From assembly GCA_016839705.1 (NCBI GenBank), contig JAEOTR010000049.1, forward strand, positions 1 to 33,934: 33,934 nucleotides of DNA. The letters run 5' to 3'. Origin of the DNA: Promethearchaeota archaeon. GTDB lineage: Archaea; Asgardarchaeota; Lokiarchaeia; Sigyniarchaeales; SOKP01. The position numbers were made by a program, and so were the translations under genes. Shown here piece by piece: positions 8,768 to 18,137 of this stretch (position 1 is the first letter of the stretch; each line of letters starts with the position of its first letter). The notes below the pieces were generated by a model. It saw nothing but the letters and a program-made list of their open reading frames with translations, was not told where the DNA came from and did no database searches.

Positions 8768-11323
8768 ATGAGTGGAACAGAACCGACGAATTTTCCGCCT
8801 GAGGAGGTTGTTCAATCTCTACTTACAGAAAAAAAGAATTTTGAGCATATTATCCTCTGGATGTTGAGTAATAACGATAAAGTTGAGTGGGCAGATTTTA
8901 AGCGAAAACCGATTGATATGGCGCAATCAACGTTATCGAATTATATGACTAAGTTATTAAGCAAAGAATTTGTCGAAAAGATAGAGAGGGGTAAATATAA
9001 AATTACTCCTAAGGGTGAAGAGAGGTATAACGAATTATCAAGGGTCAAAGAAGTAAAGAGAAAATTAAATTGTCCTCCAGATGTAATTAGGCATTCAAGA
9101 GACTATAGTCATATTATCCTTTGGATGGCTTATAATAATAGTTACTTAAAATGGTCAGATTTTACAGAAGAAGATTCTCCACTAAGGATTAATCAATCTT
9201 CTTTGTCAAAGAATTTAAACCTATTGCAGGAATATGAACTCATTAATAAAGGGGAGAATAAAGAATATCGAATTACTCGACTGGGTAAAGCTGAATATGC
9301 CAGAATTTTAAAATCGTATGACTTGGATAGGCAATCAATATTAAATGAAGAAAGTAAACGGATTGAAGAAATAACAAAAAGAACCATCCGGTTTTTTGAG
9401 AGGTATAACATTGAGGATGATGATATCAAATTTCGATTTTTAAACAATGTTTTAACGCTACCTTTTGAGAAGCTGAAAGGTTCATTAGATAGTGAGGATG
9501 ATTTTAATAAAATTCTTCTATTTCTTTCAATGAACCATCCAAATCAGTATCCAGAAAATATTTCACCTGAGGCATTTTCAAAGAAATTTGACATTGATAA
9601 ATTAGATTTGGAATTTAACATTCGAAAGATCACTGAGAAAGGTGTGTATTCTACTAAATTCTTCAAATTAGAGGTTGAAGATGATAAAACTTATTATTTT
9701 CAAGCAAATGAGAAAATAGAGAAAGTGTTAAGTGCGATAACCGAGGATCATATAACGAAATTTACTTATTTAAATAAATTATATGAAAAGACTTCAAGAG
9801 GTACACCCCAATTAACAATGGAATCGACTACTGATGCAATATTACTCGAAATTTGCGATCATTTATTTGATTCAAGATTAAAGGATCCTTTGAGAGAATT
9901 TTTACCAGAATATATTAAATATTTAGCATATAAAATGCAAAAACAGAAAAAGTTAGAAGAAATTACAGATAAATTAGAAGGGACCATATGGCGCGATTTT
10001 CAATATTATAGTGCTACAAGTGAGCCCCCTAAAACTTATGATGAAGACCATGAATATTATTATCTAATGCCTCAAATTTTTGATATATTGGATGATAGTT
10101 ATATAGTTCCTAGTACTTCTGCAGTTGTTAGAAAGACAAAAAAGGTATTAACAAACAAATATGAATACAAAAGAGCTTTAAAATTTGTAGATTCTAGCAT
10201 CAAAAAAGGACTAGATAATATTGAAATTAAGTTATTTAAATCAATAGTTCTATGTTATTTAAATAAATTTTTTGAAGTAATAGATTTAATTGGTAAGGAG
10301 ATAGATTATGAACAATATCAAGATGAAGAAAAAATATATGTGGCATCTTCATTTATTCTTGCCTTTTCGTATACATCTTTAGGTAATGCTGATGCTGCAT
10401 TAAAAATAATAGATAAAACCTATAAAATATATCCAGAGAATCCCATACTATCAGCAGCAAAAGCACTAATCTACGGATATAGCATTATTTATGATTTTGA
10501 TGTTGAAGAGGGAAGTGACGATTCTGTTTTAGATTTAATAGATGAAGTAATCAGAAATGATCCAAAAATTACGAACAAAGCCAGGTATTATCAATTTAAA
10601 AGTATTGTCATGGAACAAATGGATAAGGAAGAAGAAGGTCTTGAGGAAATCAATTTAGCTCTTGATTTAACAGAAGACATTGTGGATTTATACTATTTTA
10701 AATCAAAATTTCTCTCATCATTAGGAAGATATGATGAAGCATTGACGGTTCTTAAGGAAACGATGAAGAAATTCCCGGATAGTAAAAAGCATATGTTAAT
10801 GCAACAAGCCTATATTCTTAAGATGGCAGGTGATTATCAATCGGGTTTAGAGATAATTTCAGATTTGACGCAGACTTATCCAAAAGAAATAGATTTTAAC
10901 AACAACAAAGCATACTGGCACATTTATATTTATCAAGAAAATAGAGATAAGGGAATTGAAGATGAGGAAAATAAAACAGCAGCGATTGAGACGATTAAAT
11001 CTTTAACTGAGGAATCTCCAGAAGAGGGGAATTATTTTGATTCCTATGGTGAAATCCTGATGATAACAGAAGATTACGAAAACGCGATAAAGATGTATGA
11101 AAAAGCTATTGAGACTGAACCAAATGGTTGGTTTATACCTTCTTCTTATGTTGGTATCGGAAAATGTAATGAAAAACTTGGGTTTTACGAGAAAGCGGAA
11201 GTAAATTTCAAAAAAGCAAGACAAATAGTACGTTATTGCTTTTGCCATATTAAGAATAGAAAAGAGTGGATTGAAGAGATTGAATACCACTTAAAGAAAA
11301 TTAATGAAATGAAACAAGAATAA
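8768..11323 (+). CDS. Tandem winged-helix + TPR putative transcriptional regulator
   Basis: Two homologous N-terminal units (HIILWM.NN...W.DF...QS.LS..L..L...Y.IT..G...Y); C-terminal TPRs (YYFKSKFLSSLGRYDEAL, YFDSYGEILM..EDYENAI). Confidence 0.85.
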   Translation: MSGTEPTNFPPEEVVQSLLTEKKNFEHIILWMLSNNDKVEWADFKRKPIDMAQSTLSNYMTKLLSKEFVEKIERGKYKITPKGEERYNELSRVKEVKRKLNCPPDVIRHSRDYSHIILWMAYNNSYLKWSDFTEEDSPLRINQSSLSKNLNLLQEYELINKGENKEYRITRLGKAEYARILKSYDLDRQSILNEESKRIEEITKRTIRFFERYNIEDDDIKFRFLNNVLTLPFEKLKGSLDSEDDFNKILLFLSMNHPNQYPENISPEAFSKKFDIDKLDLEFNIRKITEKGVYSTKFFKLEVEDDKTYYFQANEKIEKVLSAITEDHITKFTYLNKLYEKTSRGTPQLTMESTTDAILLEICDHLFDSRLKDPLREFLPEYIKYLAYKMQKQKKLEEITDKLEGTIWRDFQYYSATSEPPKTYDEDHEYYYLMPQIFDILDDSYIVPSTSAVVRKTKKVLTNKYEYKRALKFVDSSIKKGLDNIEIKLFKSIVLCYLNKFFEVIDLIGKEIDYEQYQDEEKIYVASSFILAFSYTSLGNADAALKIIDKTYKIYPENPILSAAKALIYGYSIIYDFDVEEGSDDSVLDLIDEVIRNDPKITNKARYYQFKSIVMEQMDKEEEGLEEINLALDLTEDIVDLYYFKSKFLSSLGRYDEALTVLKETMKKFPDSKKHMLMQQAYILKMAGDYQSGLEIISDLTQTYPKEIDFNNNKAYWHIYIYQENRDKGIEDEENKTAAIETIKSLTEESPEEGNYFDSYGEILMITEDYENAIKMYEKAIETEPNGWFIPSSYVGIGKCNEKLGFYEKAEVNFKKARQIVRYCFCHIKNRKEWIEEIEYHLKKINEMKQE

Positions 11324-11333
11324 TAGTTGTATT

Positions 11334-12056
11334 CTATTTTTTATAGCCTACTTTAACAATTATTGAAATAGACTCTTCGAAAGTCATTCCTTCTACGCTA
11401 CACTTAAAAGCTAAATCTTCAGATCGAAACAAAGTTGTGAAGTAACCTAGCCAATATTCTGAAAACCGTCTGTTTTGCCTATGTTTAAAAAGCATATGAT
11501 ATTCATCGTTTTCCTCATGTACATCGATCGCATAAAAATAATTTGCGACAACCCACATCTTTGCGATAGTATTTATTATTTCTTCAACTGTAAGGCTTTT
11601 AAGGGGTTTACCGGTATACCACAATATTAGATCAAACGCTACATTCTTATGATATGCTCTTTCTCTGGCATCCTCGGGCATCTCAGCAGCATGAATAAGT
11701 TGATTAAAGGTGGTTTTACCTATAAGGCACATTTTCATTTCATCTCGTGCACGAACCCAAAGATCTCTATCTAAACTTTTTTGTTCCCCAAAATACTTAA
11801 TTGCTCGTTCAATGAAAACGAATTTTGGTTCTTCTTTTTCTTTATATTTCTCGATAATCGCTAGAATTTCAGGTGAAATTGAGTTGAATTCATCAAAACA
11901 CTTAACCGCATTTTTGACTAGATCAGATATAGTACTACCTTGTCCCTTATATTTATCAATTAAACCTCTGATTTCATCACTTACTTTAACATATAATGAT
12001 TTATCTTTAGGTTCAGATTCATCAACTTTATCATTCTCCTTTGCGATAAGAATCAT
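11334..12056 (-). CDS. Ribbon-helix-helix (CopG-like) regulator with C-terminal V4R-like sensor domain
   Basis: SLYVKVSDEIRGLIDKY...ISDLVKNAV RHH pattern, partly duplicated (ISPEILAIIEKY...FIERAIKYF); C-terminal alpha/beta domain. Confidence 0.6.
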   Translation of the reverse strand: MILIAKENDKVDESEPKDKSLYVKVSDEIRGLIDKYKGQGSTISDLVKNAVKCFDEFNSISPEILAIIEKYKEKEEPKFVFIERAIKYFGEQKSLDRDLWVRARDEMKMCLIGKTTFNQLIHAAEMPEDARERAYHKNVAFDLILWYTGKPLKSLTVEEIINTIAKMWVVANYFYAIDVHEENDEYHMLFKHRQNRRFSEYWLGYFTTLFRSEDLAFKCSVEGMTFEESISIIVKVGYKK

Positions 12057-12102
12057 CTCCTTTTTATAATGAATATATATCTTTATATTAATAAACTTTA
12101 TT

Positions 12103-12170
12103 GTATATATTGATATATACTAAAAATTTTTATGATTTTTTAACAATTCTATATATAGATATATATATCT
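12103..12170. promoter_or_regulatory. Cluster of TATATA-core palindromes, candidate operators
   Basis: GTATATAT-tg-ATATATAC (12103-12120), CTATATATAG (12149-12158), AGATATATATATCT (12157-12170). Confidence 0.4.
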
Positions 12171-12331
12171 CAATACTTTTATTTAAAAACCTCTCCGAAG
12201 TATTGTCGGGCATTTATTTTGATCAGTAACATTTAAATATATAATTATATAAGATTATATTGATACAAAAAAAAAATATAATTTCATATATAAAAATATA
12301 ACTATTAAAATAAAGAGGATTAAAGAAAAAA

Positions 12332-12805
12332 ATGGCTTGGATGATCCCAATTGTTGCGGGTAGAAAAAAGAGTTCTAGATCCAGCGTTGGCGGTCTAATT
12401 GCAGGATTGTTTATCTTTTTGATTTTTGGGGTATTCTTTTTCATATTTTTTAATCGATCAGGAATATTCGGATTTGGTTTTCCAATGATATTCATCATGA
12501 TAGGTTTTATAGTGTTTATTATGGTTATTTTCGGTATTGCCATTGCGGCCTCATCAATGAGTAAGGTATACAAACCTCAGAAAGCTAGCATGTATGGGGA
12601 CAATCAAATCTTTAACCAAAAACAGACTTCTCAACCCAATCCCTATGTTGTTCAGGAACCGATTCAGAAGCACGATGAACCACTATATCAAGAGAAACCT
12701 CCAGAAGTGGTTCCTGTTGTTAATGAAATCAATTTTTGCCGTTATTGCGGGGAAAAAGTAGATAGGAAAGCCCAATTTTGTCATCAATGTGGAAGTAAAT
12801 TATAG
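12332..12805 (+). CDS. 2-TM membrane protein with C-terminal zinc ribbon
   Basis: Two hydrophobic helices, Q/P-rich linker, FCRYCG...FCHQCG. Confidence 0.85.
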   Translation: MAWMIPIVAGRKKSSRSSVGGLIAGLFIFLIFGVFFFIFFNRSGIFGFGFPMIFIMIGFIVFIMVIFGIAIAASSMSKVYKPQKASMYGDNQIFNQKQTSQPNPYVVQEPIQKHDEPLYQEKPPEVVPVVNEINFCRYCGEKVDRKAQFCHQCGSKL

Positions 12806-12865
12806 TTTATATTTATTTGAATTTTTAAAACACAAAAAAATAAAAAATAATAAACTAGACGCTCA

Positions 12866-13831
12866 ATGCGAAATAATCTATATAAGAGATTTATGTACTT
12901 TCGTTGGAAAAGGAAGGATAACATTGCTATATTTCTGATAATAACTCTTGGGCTATTAATGACATCAATCGGGTTTCTTTATAACAATTTCTATAGTATT
13001 TTTCTAAGTTTATGTCTAGGATTCTTTATTGGAGGATTTATTTTATCTATTATTTCAACATTCTTGGCTCAGATGGAGTCAAATATAACGGGGGCGGGTG
13101 AGATTGATGCTGAAGTCGATGTAGATGTTGATGCCGAAATAGATGTTGATACTGATATCGATATAGATGCTGATGCTGATATTGATATAGATGCTGATGC
13201 TGAAATAGATATTGATATAGATAGCGATATTGATACTGATGTTGATGTAGATTATGACATAGAGGCAGAAATCGATGTTGAAGTCGATGCAGATATAGAT
13301 ATAGAGGCAGAAGTAGATATGGATGCAGAAGTAGATGTGGATTCTGACGTAGAGGTCGAAATGGAAAGTGAACTTGATTCCAGTTTACTATCCACTATCA
13401 CTCCTGCTCCTATTATGCTTTTGTTTTCAACTGCATTTCTAGTATATGGCATTTCAGGTTTATCTTTGTATTTCCTTGTAGGTGTAAATTTCAAGTATAT
13501 AATTTTCTTTGTCACCCCAATAATTTCATTTATATCTGTTAAATTAATAAATTCTCTTTGGAAAATCCTGGCAAAATCACACTATTATGGGATTTCATCT
13601 ACAATGAATTTAATTGGAAAAGAAGGGGAAGTAATATTAAAAGTTGATGATAGAGGGGGAGTTATTAAAATTCCTTCAAAGACACCTTTAAAATTTGAAC
13701 GATTACATGTTAAACCTGTTATTGAGGAGTCTATTTTTGAAAGAGGTAATAGAGTTTACATTTGTGATGTAAAGAACGGGTATTTACTAGTTGATAATTC
13801 TAAAAAGTTAATAAAAAAAAGAAAAAGATGA
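12866..13831 (+). CDS. NfeD/YqiJ-like membrane protein with long acidic dipeptide-repeat insert
   Basis: TM helices, (D/E)(I/V/A) repeat, C-terminal OB-fold-like LIGKEGEV...G..V.I; upstream of an SPFH gene. Confidence 0.8.
   Translation: MRNNLYKRFMYFRWKRKDNIAIFLIITLGLLMTSIGFLYNNFYSIFLSLCLGFFIGGFILSIISTFLAQMESNITGAGEIDAEVDVDVDAEIDVDTDIDIDADADIDIDADAEIDIDIDSDIDTDVDVDYDIEAEIDVEVDADIDIEAEVDMDAEVDVDSDVEVEMESELDSSLLSTITPAPIMLLFSTAFLVYGISGLSLYFLVGVNFKYIIFFVTPIISFISVKLINSLWKILAKSHYYGISSTMNLIGKEGEVILKVDDRGGVIKIPSKTPLKFERLHVKPVIEESIFERGNRVYICDVKNGYLLVDNSKKLIKKRKR
13100..13378 (+). repeat. Low-complexity coding repeat (alternating Asp/Glu and Ile/Val/Ala, about 93 aa)
   Basis: EIDAEVDVDVDAEIDVDTDIDIDADADIDID...; codons diversified (GAT/GAC, ATA/ATT/ATC). 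Confidence 0.9.
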
Positions 13832-13905
13832 AAGTTTTAAGATTTAAAGAAAAAATTAGAAAAATTTAATAAAAATAAAGAAAAGAAGGAGGTTTTAAAA
13901 AAAGG

Positions 13906-15078
13906 TTGATATACCAAGAACTTAATCCTTTATTTGTCGGGATAGGAGTTACTGTAGGCATTATAGTGTTTTTGTTTGTAATATTTTTGGCTGCACGATA
14001 TAGAAAATTCAAAACAAACCAGTTTGTGATACATTTACGTAATGGTAAAGTCAAACATGCAGGATTGGGAGGAAGTCTATTTCTACTTCCATTAATCGAT
14101 GAATATATTGTAATTCCAACAACAAGCATCCAAACACTTGTTGAAGCCCATGAACAAGTAGTCTCTCATGAGTATCAAAACATTGAAATCGAAGGATTAT
14201 TAATATGGAAAGTTATTGATCCTGAAAAAGCGTTCAGTGCAGTCTCTTGGAATATGAGAGATGAGAACTATGTCGAAAAAATTCTAAAAGGGGCAGCTGA
14301 AGCAATTATTCGTACCACTTGTGCAAATATGCCACTGGAAAAGATCATTAGAGAAAGAAGAGAAATTATTGATCATATTGAAAAAGATTTACATGAATTA
14401 ACGGCCGATTGGGGTATAGTAATCGAATCTTTAGAAATCATAGAAGTGATTATTGTACAACAGGATCTTAAAAAGAATATGGAAGCAACTAAACAAGCGG
14501 AAGAATTAAAGAAAGCTAGGATTGCTAATGCTGAGGCGGAGAGAATGTCAAAGTTGAGAGAATTAGAAGTAAAAAATGAAGTGGGCATTCAGGAACAATT
14601 AGTTGAAAGAGAGATTGAGTTAAGACGTAAAGATAAAGAAATTGCTATTGCTGAACAGGAAAGAGAGCGGAAAAGAATTGAAGCAGATGGTAACAGGCAG
14701 AAAAAAATAATAGAAGTTGATGCTGAGGCTCAACAAATCAAACGTAAGCTCATTGCTCAAGCAGAAGGTGAATCTGAAAACATTAAACAGCAAATGCTTG
14801 CTCAAGCGGAAGGTTTTAAGAAACAAGTAGAGGCTATGGGCGCTGCTGACGAACGATTTTTAGCGGTGCAATTAACTAATATCTTACCTGAAATTTTCAA
14901 GCACATAAGCCCTGAGAAGATGTTTATTATGGGAGATGGGAATGAAGCGTTTTCATCACTTTCGAGATCTATCATGCCATTCCTACAACTATTGCCGGAA
15001 TATTCAGATAAAATAAAGGAATTCTTTAATAATGGAGGAGCTGAAAAACTTAAGGAGATTTTGGTTAAGAAGAAATAA
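13906..15078 (+). CDS. SPFH/band-7 flotillin-like protein
   Basis: N-terminal TM, SPFH core (IIRTTCANMPLEKII..R...WGIVIES), EA-rich coiled coil (AEAE, QAEGE); GGAGG upstream of TTG. Confidence 0.9.
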   Translation: MIYQELNPLFVGIGVTVGIIVFLFVIFLAARYRKFKTNQFVIHLRNGKVKHAGLGGSLFLLPLIDEYIVIPTTSIQTLVEAHEQVVSHEYQNIEIEGLLIWKVIDPEKAFSAVSWNMRDENYVEKILKGAAEAIIRTTCANMPLEKIIRERREIIDHIEKDLHELTADWGIVIESLEIIEVIIVQQDLKKNMEATKQAEELKKARIANAEAERMSKLRELEVKNEVGIQEQLVEREIELRRKDKEIAIAEQERERKRIEADGNRQKKIIEVDAEAQQIKRKLIAQAEGESENIKQQMLAQAEGFKKQVEAMGAADERFLAVQLTNILPEIFKHISPEKMFIMGDGNEAFSSLSRSIMPFLQLLPEYSDKIKEFFNNGGAEKLKEILVKKK

Positions 15079-15168
15079 AATGAGTTTATCGTTGCTTAAC
15101 TCAAACTCTCATTTTTAATTATTTTTTTACTTACTGTTTTACAGATTAATAAGAGGTTTTAAAAAAAA

Positions 15169-16050
15169 ATGATAGATATAGAAAAAATACTAGCTGAAGG
15201 AAATCTACGTTATTATTTGAAGATTACTCAAGATTTAGAAAATATCGAGACTCAAGGCAAATTACCAAAATATCCAGTAATAATTCTTACGTGTATGGAT
15301 CCAAGAATAGATGTCCATCGGATTTTTCAGTTAGAACCAGGGGATGTGATCGTCGTAAGAAATGCGGGTAATCAATATTCTCAAGATAGTTTACGATCTA
15401 TCCTACTTGCCATTTATCAATATAATATTAAGTATATTATAATTTTAGGTCATTTAGATTGCGGTATGACAAAAACTAATTTATTAGAATTAAAAAGAAA
15501 CGTACCATACGAATTTCTCCCACGTATATCAAACAAAACTATAGATGTCTTTAAGGAAACAAAAGAATATTTTAAACCATTTAATGATGAATTAATAAAT
15601 ATCAAGCAGCAGATAGAAGCTTTACAAAGATTAGAAATACACAATCCAAAACTAAAAATCCTAGGAATGCTCTATGATATAGAAACAGGATTTGTACTTG
15701 AATATAGTAGGTTAAAAGAATTTGCATCAATTGAGAATTTTAGAGTTCATTATAAAACTATCTTAAGAGAGAAACAGTTCCAATTCATTGATTTCCTAGA
15801 AACTATTGAAGAAGAAATTATATACGGGGAGAAATTAGAGGCTGTGAATCGGGGAGAAGAAACAGATGAAAAATCAATCAATCCAGTGTTAAAAGAAAAG
15901 AAGGATGTCCCTATTGGTGTTCAAAATCAAAAAGTCGAAGTCCCTACCATTTTAACGAAAATGCAAATTCCTAAGATAAATTTACCCGGAGTTAAAATAT
16001 ACATTCCTAAAATATATAGAAAGAGGAATAAAATTAGGAATGAAAACTAA
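15169..16050 (+). CDS. Beta-class carbonic anhydrase with C-terminal extension
   Basis: TCMDPRI, RNAGN, GHLDCGM zinc-binding motifs, GMLYDIETG. Confidence 0.92.
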   Translation: MIDIEKILAEGNLRYYLKITQDLENIETQGKLPKYPVIILTCMDPRIDVHRIFQLEPGDVIVVRNAGNQYSQDSLRSILLAIYQYNIKYIIILGHLDCGMTKTNLLELKRNVPYEFLPRISNKTIDVFKETKEYFKPFNDELINIKQQIEALQRLEIHNPKLKILGMLYDIETGFVLEYSRLKEFASIENFRVHYKTILREKQFQFIDFLETIEEEIIYGEKLEAVNRGEETDEKSINPVLKEKKDVPIGVQNQKVEVPTILTKMQIPKINLPGVKIYIPKIYRKRNKIRNEN

Positions 16051-16228
16051 ACAAATTAGATATTGTGGAAACTGTGGAAGAGAATATAGTCTTGATGATT
16101 TTATCGTGATTTATCCTCAACCAAATCATAATCAAGTTATGAAAGTATGGGATAATCAAAAGGTACAATTTTATTGTTCTTATTGCTATTTATTGGAAAT
16201 TTTAAAAAAAATCAAAAGAAGAAATTAA
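16040..16228 (+). CDS. Small zinc-finger protein
   Basis: CGNCG...YCSYCY; overlaps the carbonic anhydrase stop by 11 nt. Confidence 0.7.
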   Translation: MKTKQIRYCGNCGREYSLDDFIVIYPQPNHNQVMKVWDNQKVQFYCSYCYLLEILKKIKRRN

Positions 16229-18018
16229 TTCCCAATTAATTTTGTTCTCTTCTTTTCTCCATCCTTTCGATAATCAAAGGATATTTCAAAGAAGATAACA
16301 ATGATTAAGGACATTGAAAAATTCAACAATAATAAAACGTACATGTGATCTAATATTCCTGTTAAAAGAAGTGGTAAAAACCAAATAGCCCAAGTTAAAA
16401 TTAGTTTAACACTTACTTTTATCAGATTTCTCTTTAAACTTTCATGAGGGAATTCCTGATCTTTTTTTTCCTTCTTATTAGCTAATGGTTTGAGTATCAT
16501 AAGCATAATTACTATTAGAGGATACAAGATTACAAACATGAGCCAGTCGACTTTAGGAATAAGGTTGAACACCTCAAGAAAAAGGAAAATACTACCAATT
16601 ACTACTGGAATACTAAAATTAACTATATTTCTCCATTTTTCTCTTTTTCCATGAGCTAAACTTTTTTTTACCAACATTATTAACTCTCCTTTGTTGCTAA
16701 ATGAAAATAATAGATATGCCGTTAGAATTATACCTAGAATACTAAATAGTAGAAAGACATTATAAAATGCATAAAATGGTTGGAGAGACAATTGTAAAAT
16801 TGGAATATCATCAAAAAATGGCCACCATTCTCCATGGTGATTCCAATAGATCATCGGGAAACTTAACAATGACCAAATTATAGCTAAGGAAAGAAATATT
16901 TGCGTTCGAAGGCTTTTGGAAGTATCCCGTTCCGTTTCAAGTTCGCTTGATTCCTCAGATTTTCTTAATTTATGAATTAATCTCTTACTAATTAGAAATA
17001 TAATATATATACACGCGCTAATATCAATGATTATTGTGGCGATCAGAATTACAATATCAGTTGGAATAAGCCGGATCAGAATTGAATAATCATTATACTC
17101 ATTTAACGCTTTACTTACAATTTCTTGTGAAAAGAGATCAGAAATTCGATAAGAATGCCAGCCTTTTTCCAATTCTTCTTCAAGATTTAATATAACAACT
17201 TCTTCAAACTGATGAAAATAATACAGATAAATATCCCCATTTGTTACATCAAAAATATTTGAATATAAGGTATTAACGAGAGGTCCTTCGAAATGAGCTG
17301 AATCTAAAAAGGTTGCGATAGTTTCAATCGTTAAGTTATCATTTGCCATTATATCATTGAACTTTTCTTCTGCAGCATTATATCTTCTAATTGCATCTGA
17401 ACTAGGATTACCTCGTAAAGAATTATCATAATAAAAATTAGAAGCTAATTGAAAAGTTTCATTATTACGAAAAAAATCAAATTCACCATCTATTCCTATG
17501 TTAAATACTACGGATTCCCCTGTTTTGTCGACGTACATTGACTGAATGCTCCCTTCTTGCTGGTAAACATTATGTACTGCTTTATAGTCAACGACCTCAC
17601 TTATGTTTTCACAACTAAATAGTTCCGGAACTAAATAGGGTTGTCTTTCATTATGAAGATTTGGCGTGGTATAAGGAACAGATGTTGAATCAAAAGTTAA
17701 ACCTTTTTCGTTCATACCTCCTTGAAACCAACTGAATCCACTTCCTTCACCATAGCCAACTATTACAGCCCCATATTTTAATATTGAATCATCATACCAA
17801 GTTGAGCCGTTAGGTATAAATGTTATAACAGTATTAGATATTTGAGTCAACGCATGATCCTCATTATTGCCAAAAAAAACATTAGAACCATTTTTGACTT
17901 TAAGATTTAAACATGAAGCACCACTAGTCAAGTTTGATTGATTAATTAAAAAGTTTGAGTTAAAAAAACTAACCAAAACAATTACAATCACATAACTCTT
18001 TTTCATATGAATCTTCAC
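16225..18018 (-). CDS. Exported Cys-Ntn hydrolase (choloylglycine hydrolase/C45/C59-like) fused to a multi-pass membrane domain
   Basis: Signal-like N-terminus then S-C-LNL...FFGNNED, GGMNEKGL, TLYSNIFD; about seven C-terminal TM helices. Confidence 0.75.
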   Translation of the reverse strand: MKIHMKKSYVIVIVLVSFFNSNFLINQSNLTSGASCLNLKVKNGSNVFFGNNEDHALTQISNTVITFIPNGSTWYDDSILKYGAVIVGYGEGSGFSWFQGGMNEKGLTFDSTSVPYTTPNLHNERQPYLVPELFSCENISEVVDYKAVHNVYQQEGSIQSMYVDKTGESVVFNIGIDGEFDFFRNNETFQLASNFYYDNSLRGNPSSDAIRRYNAAEEKFNDIMANDNLTIETIATFLDSAHFEGPLVNTLYSNIFDVTNGDIYLYYFHQFEEVVILNLEEELEKGWHSYRISDLFSQEIVSKALNEYNDYSILIRLIPTDIVILIATIIIDISACIYIIFLISKRLIHKLRKSEESSELETERDTSKSLRTQIFLSLAIIWSLLSFPMIYWNHHGEWWPFFDDIPILQLSLQPFYAFYNVFLLFSILGIILTAYLLFSFSNKGELIMLVKKSLAHGKREKWRNIVNFSIPVVIGSIFLFLEVFNLIPKVDWLMFVILYPLIVIMLMILKPLANKKEKKDQEFPHESLKRNLIKVSVKLILTWAIWFLPLLLTGILDHMYVLLLLNFSMSLIIVIFFEISFDYRKDGEKKRTKLIGN

Positions 18019-18137
18019 TATTTCGATATGAGGTAAAAAAAAATTTTATTTACTTAAAACATTTGTATTAATATATTAAAGTGATAAGTAGACCAGTTCT
18101 TGGTCCTTCAAATTGAAAGAATATTTTGTTTTTTATT

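Noticed and set aside
13100-13378. Repeat-like DNA considered as CRISPR or VNTR
   Set aside because: No fixed repeat-spacer structure; it is in-frame low-complexity coding sequence
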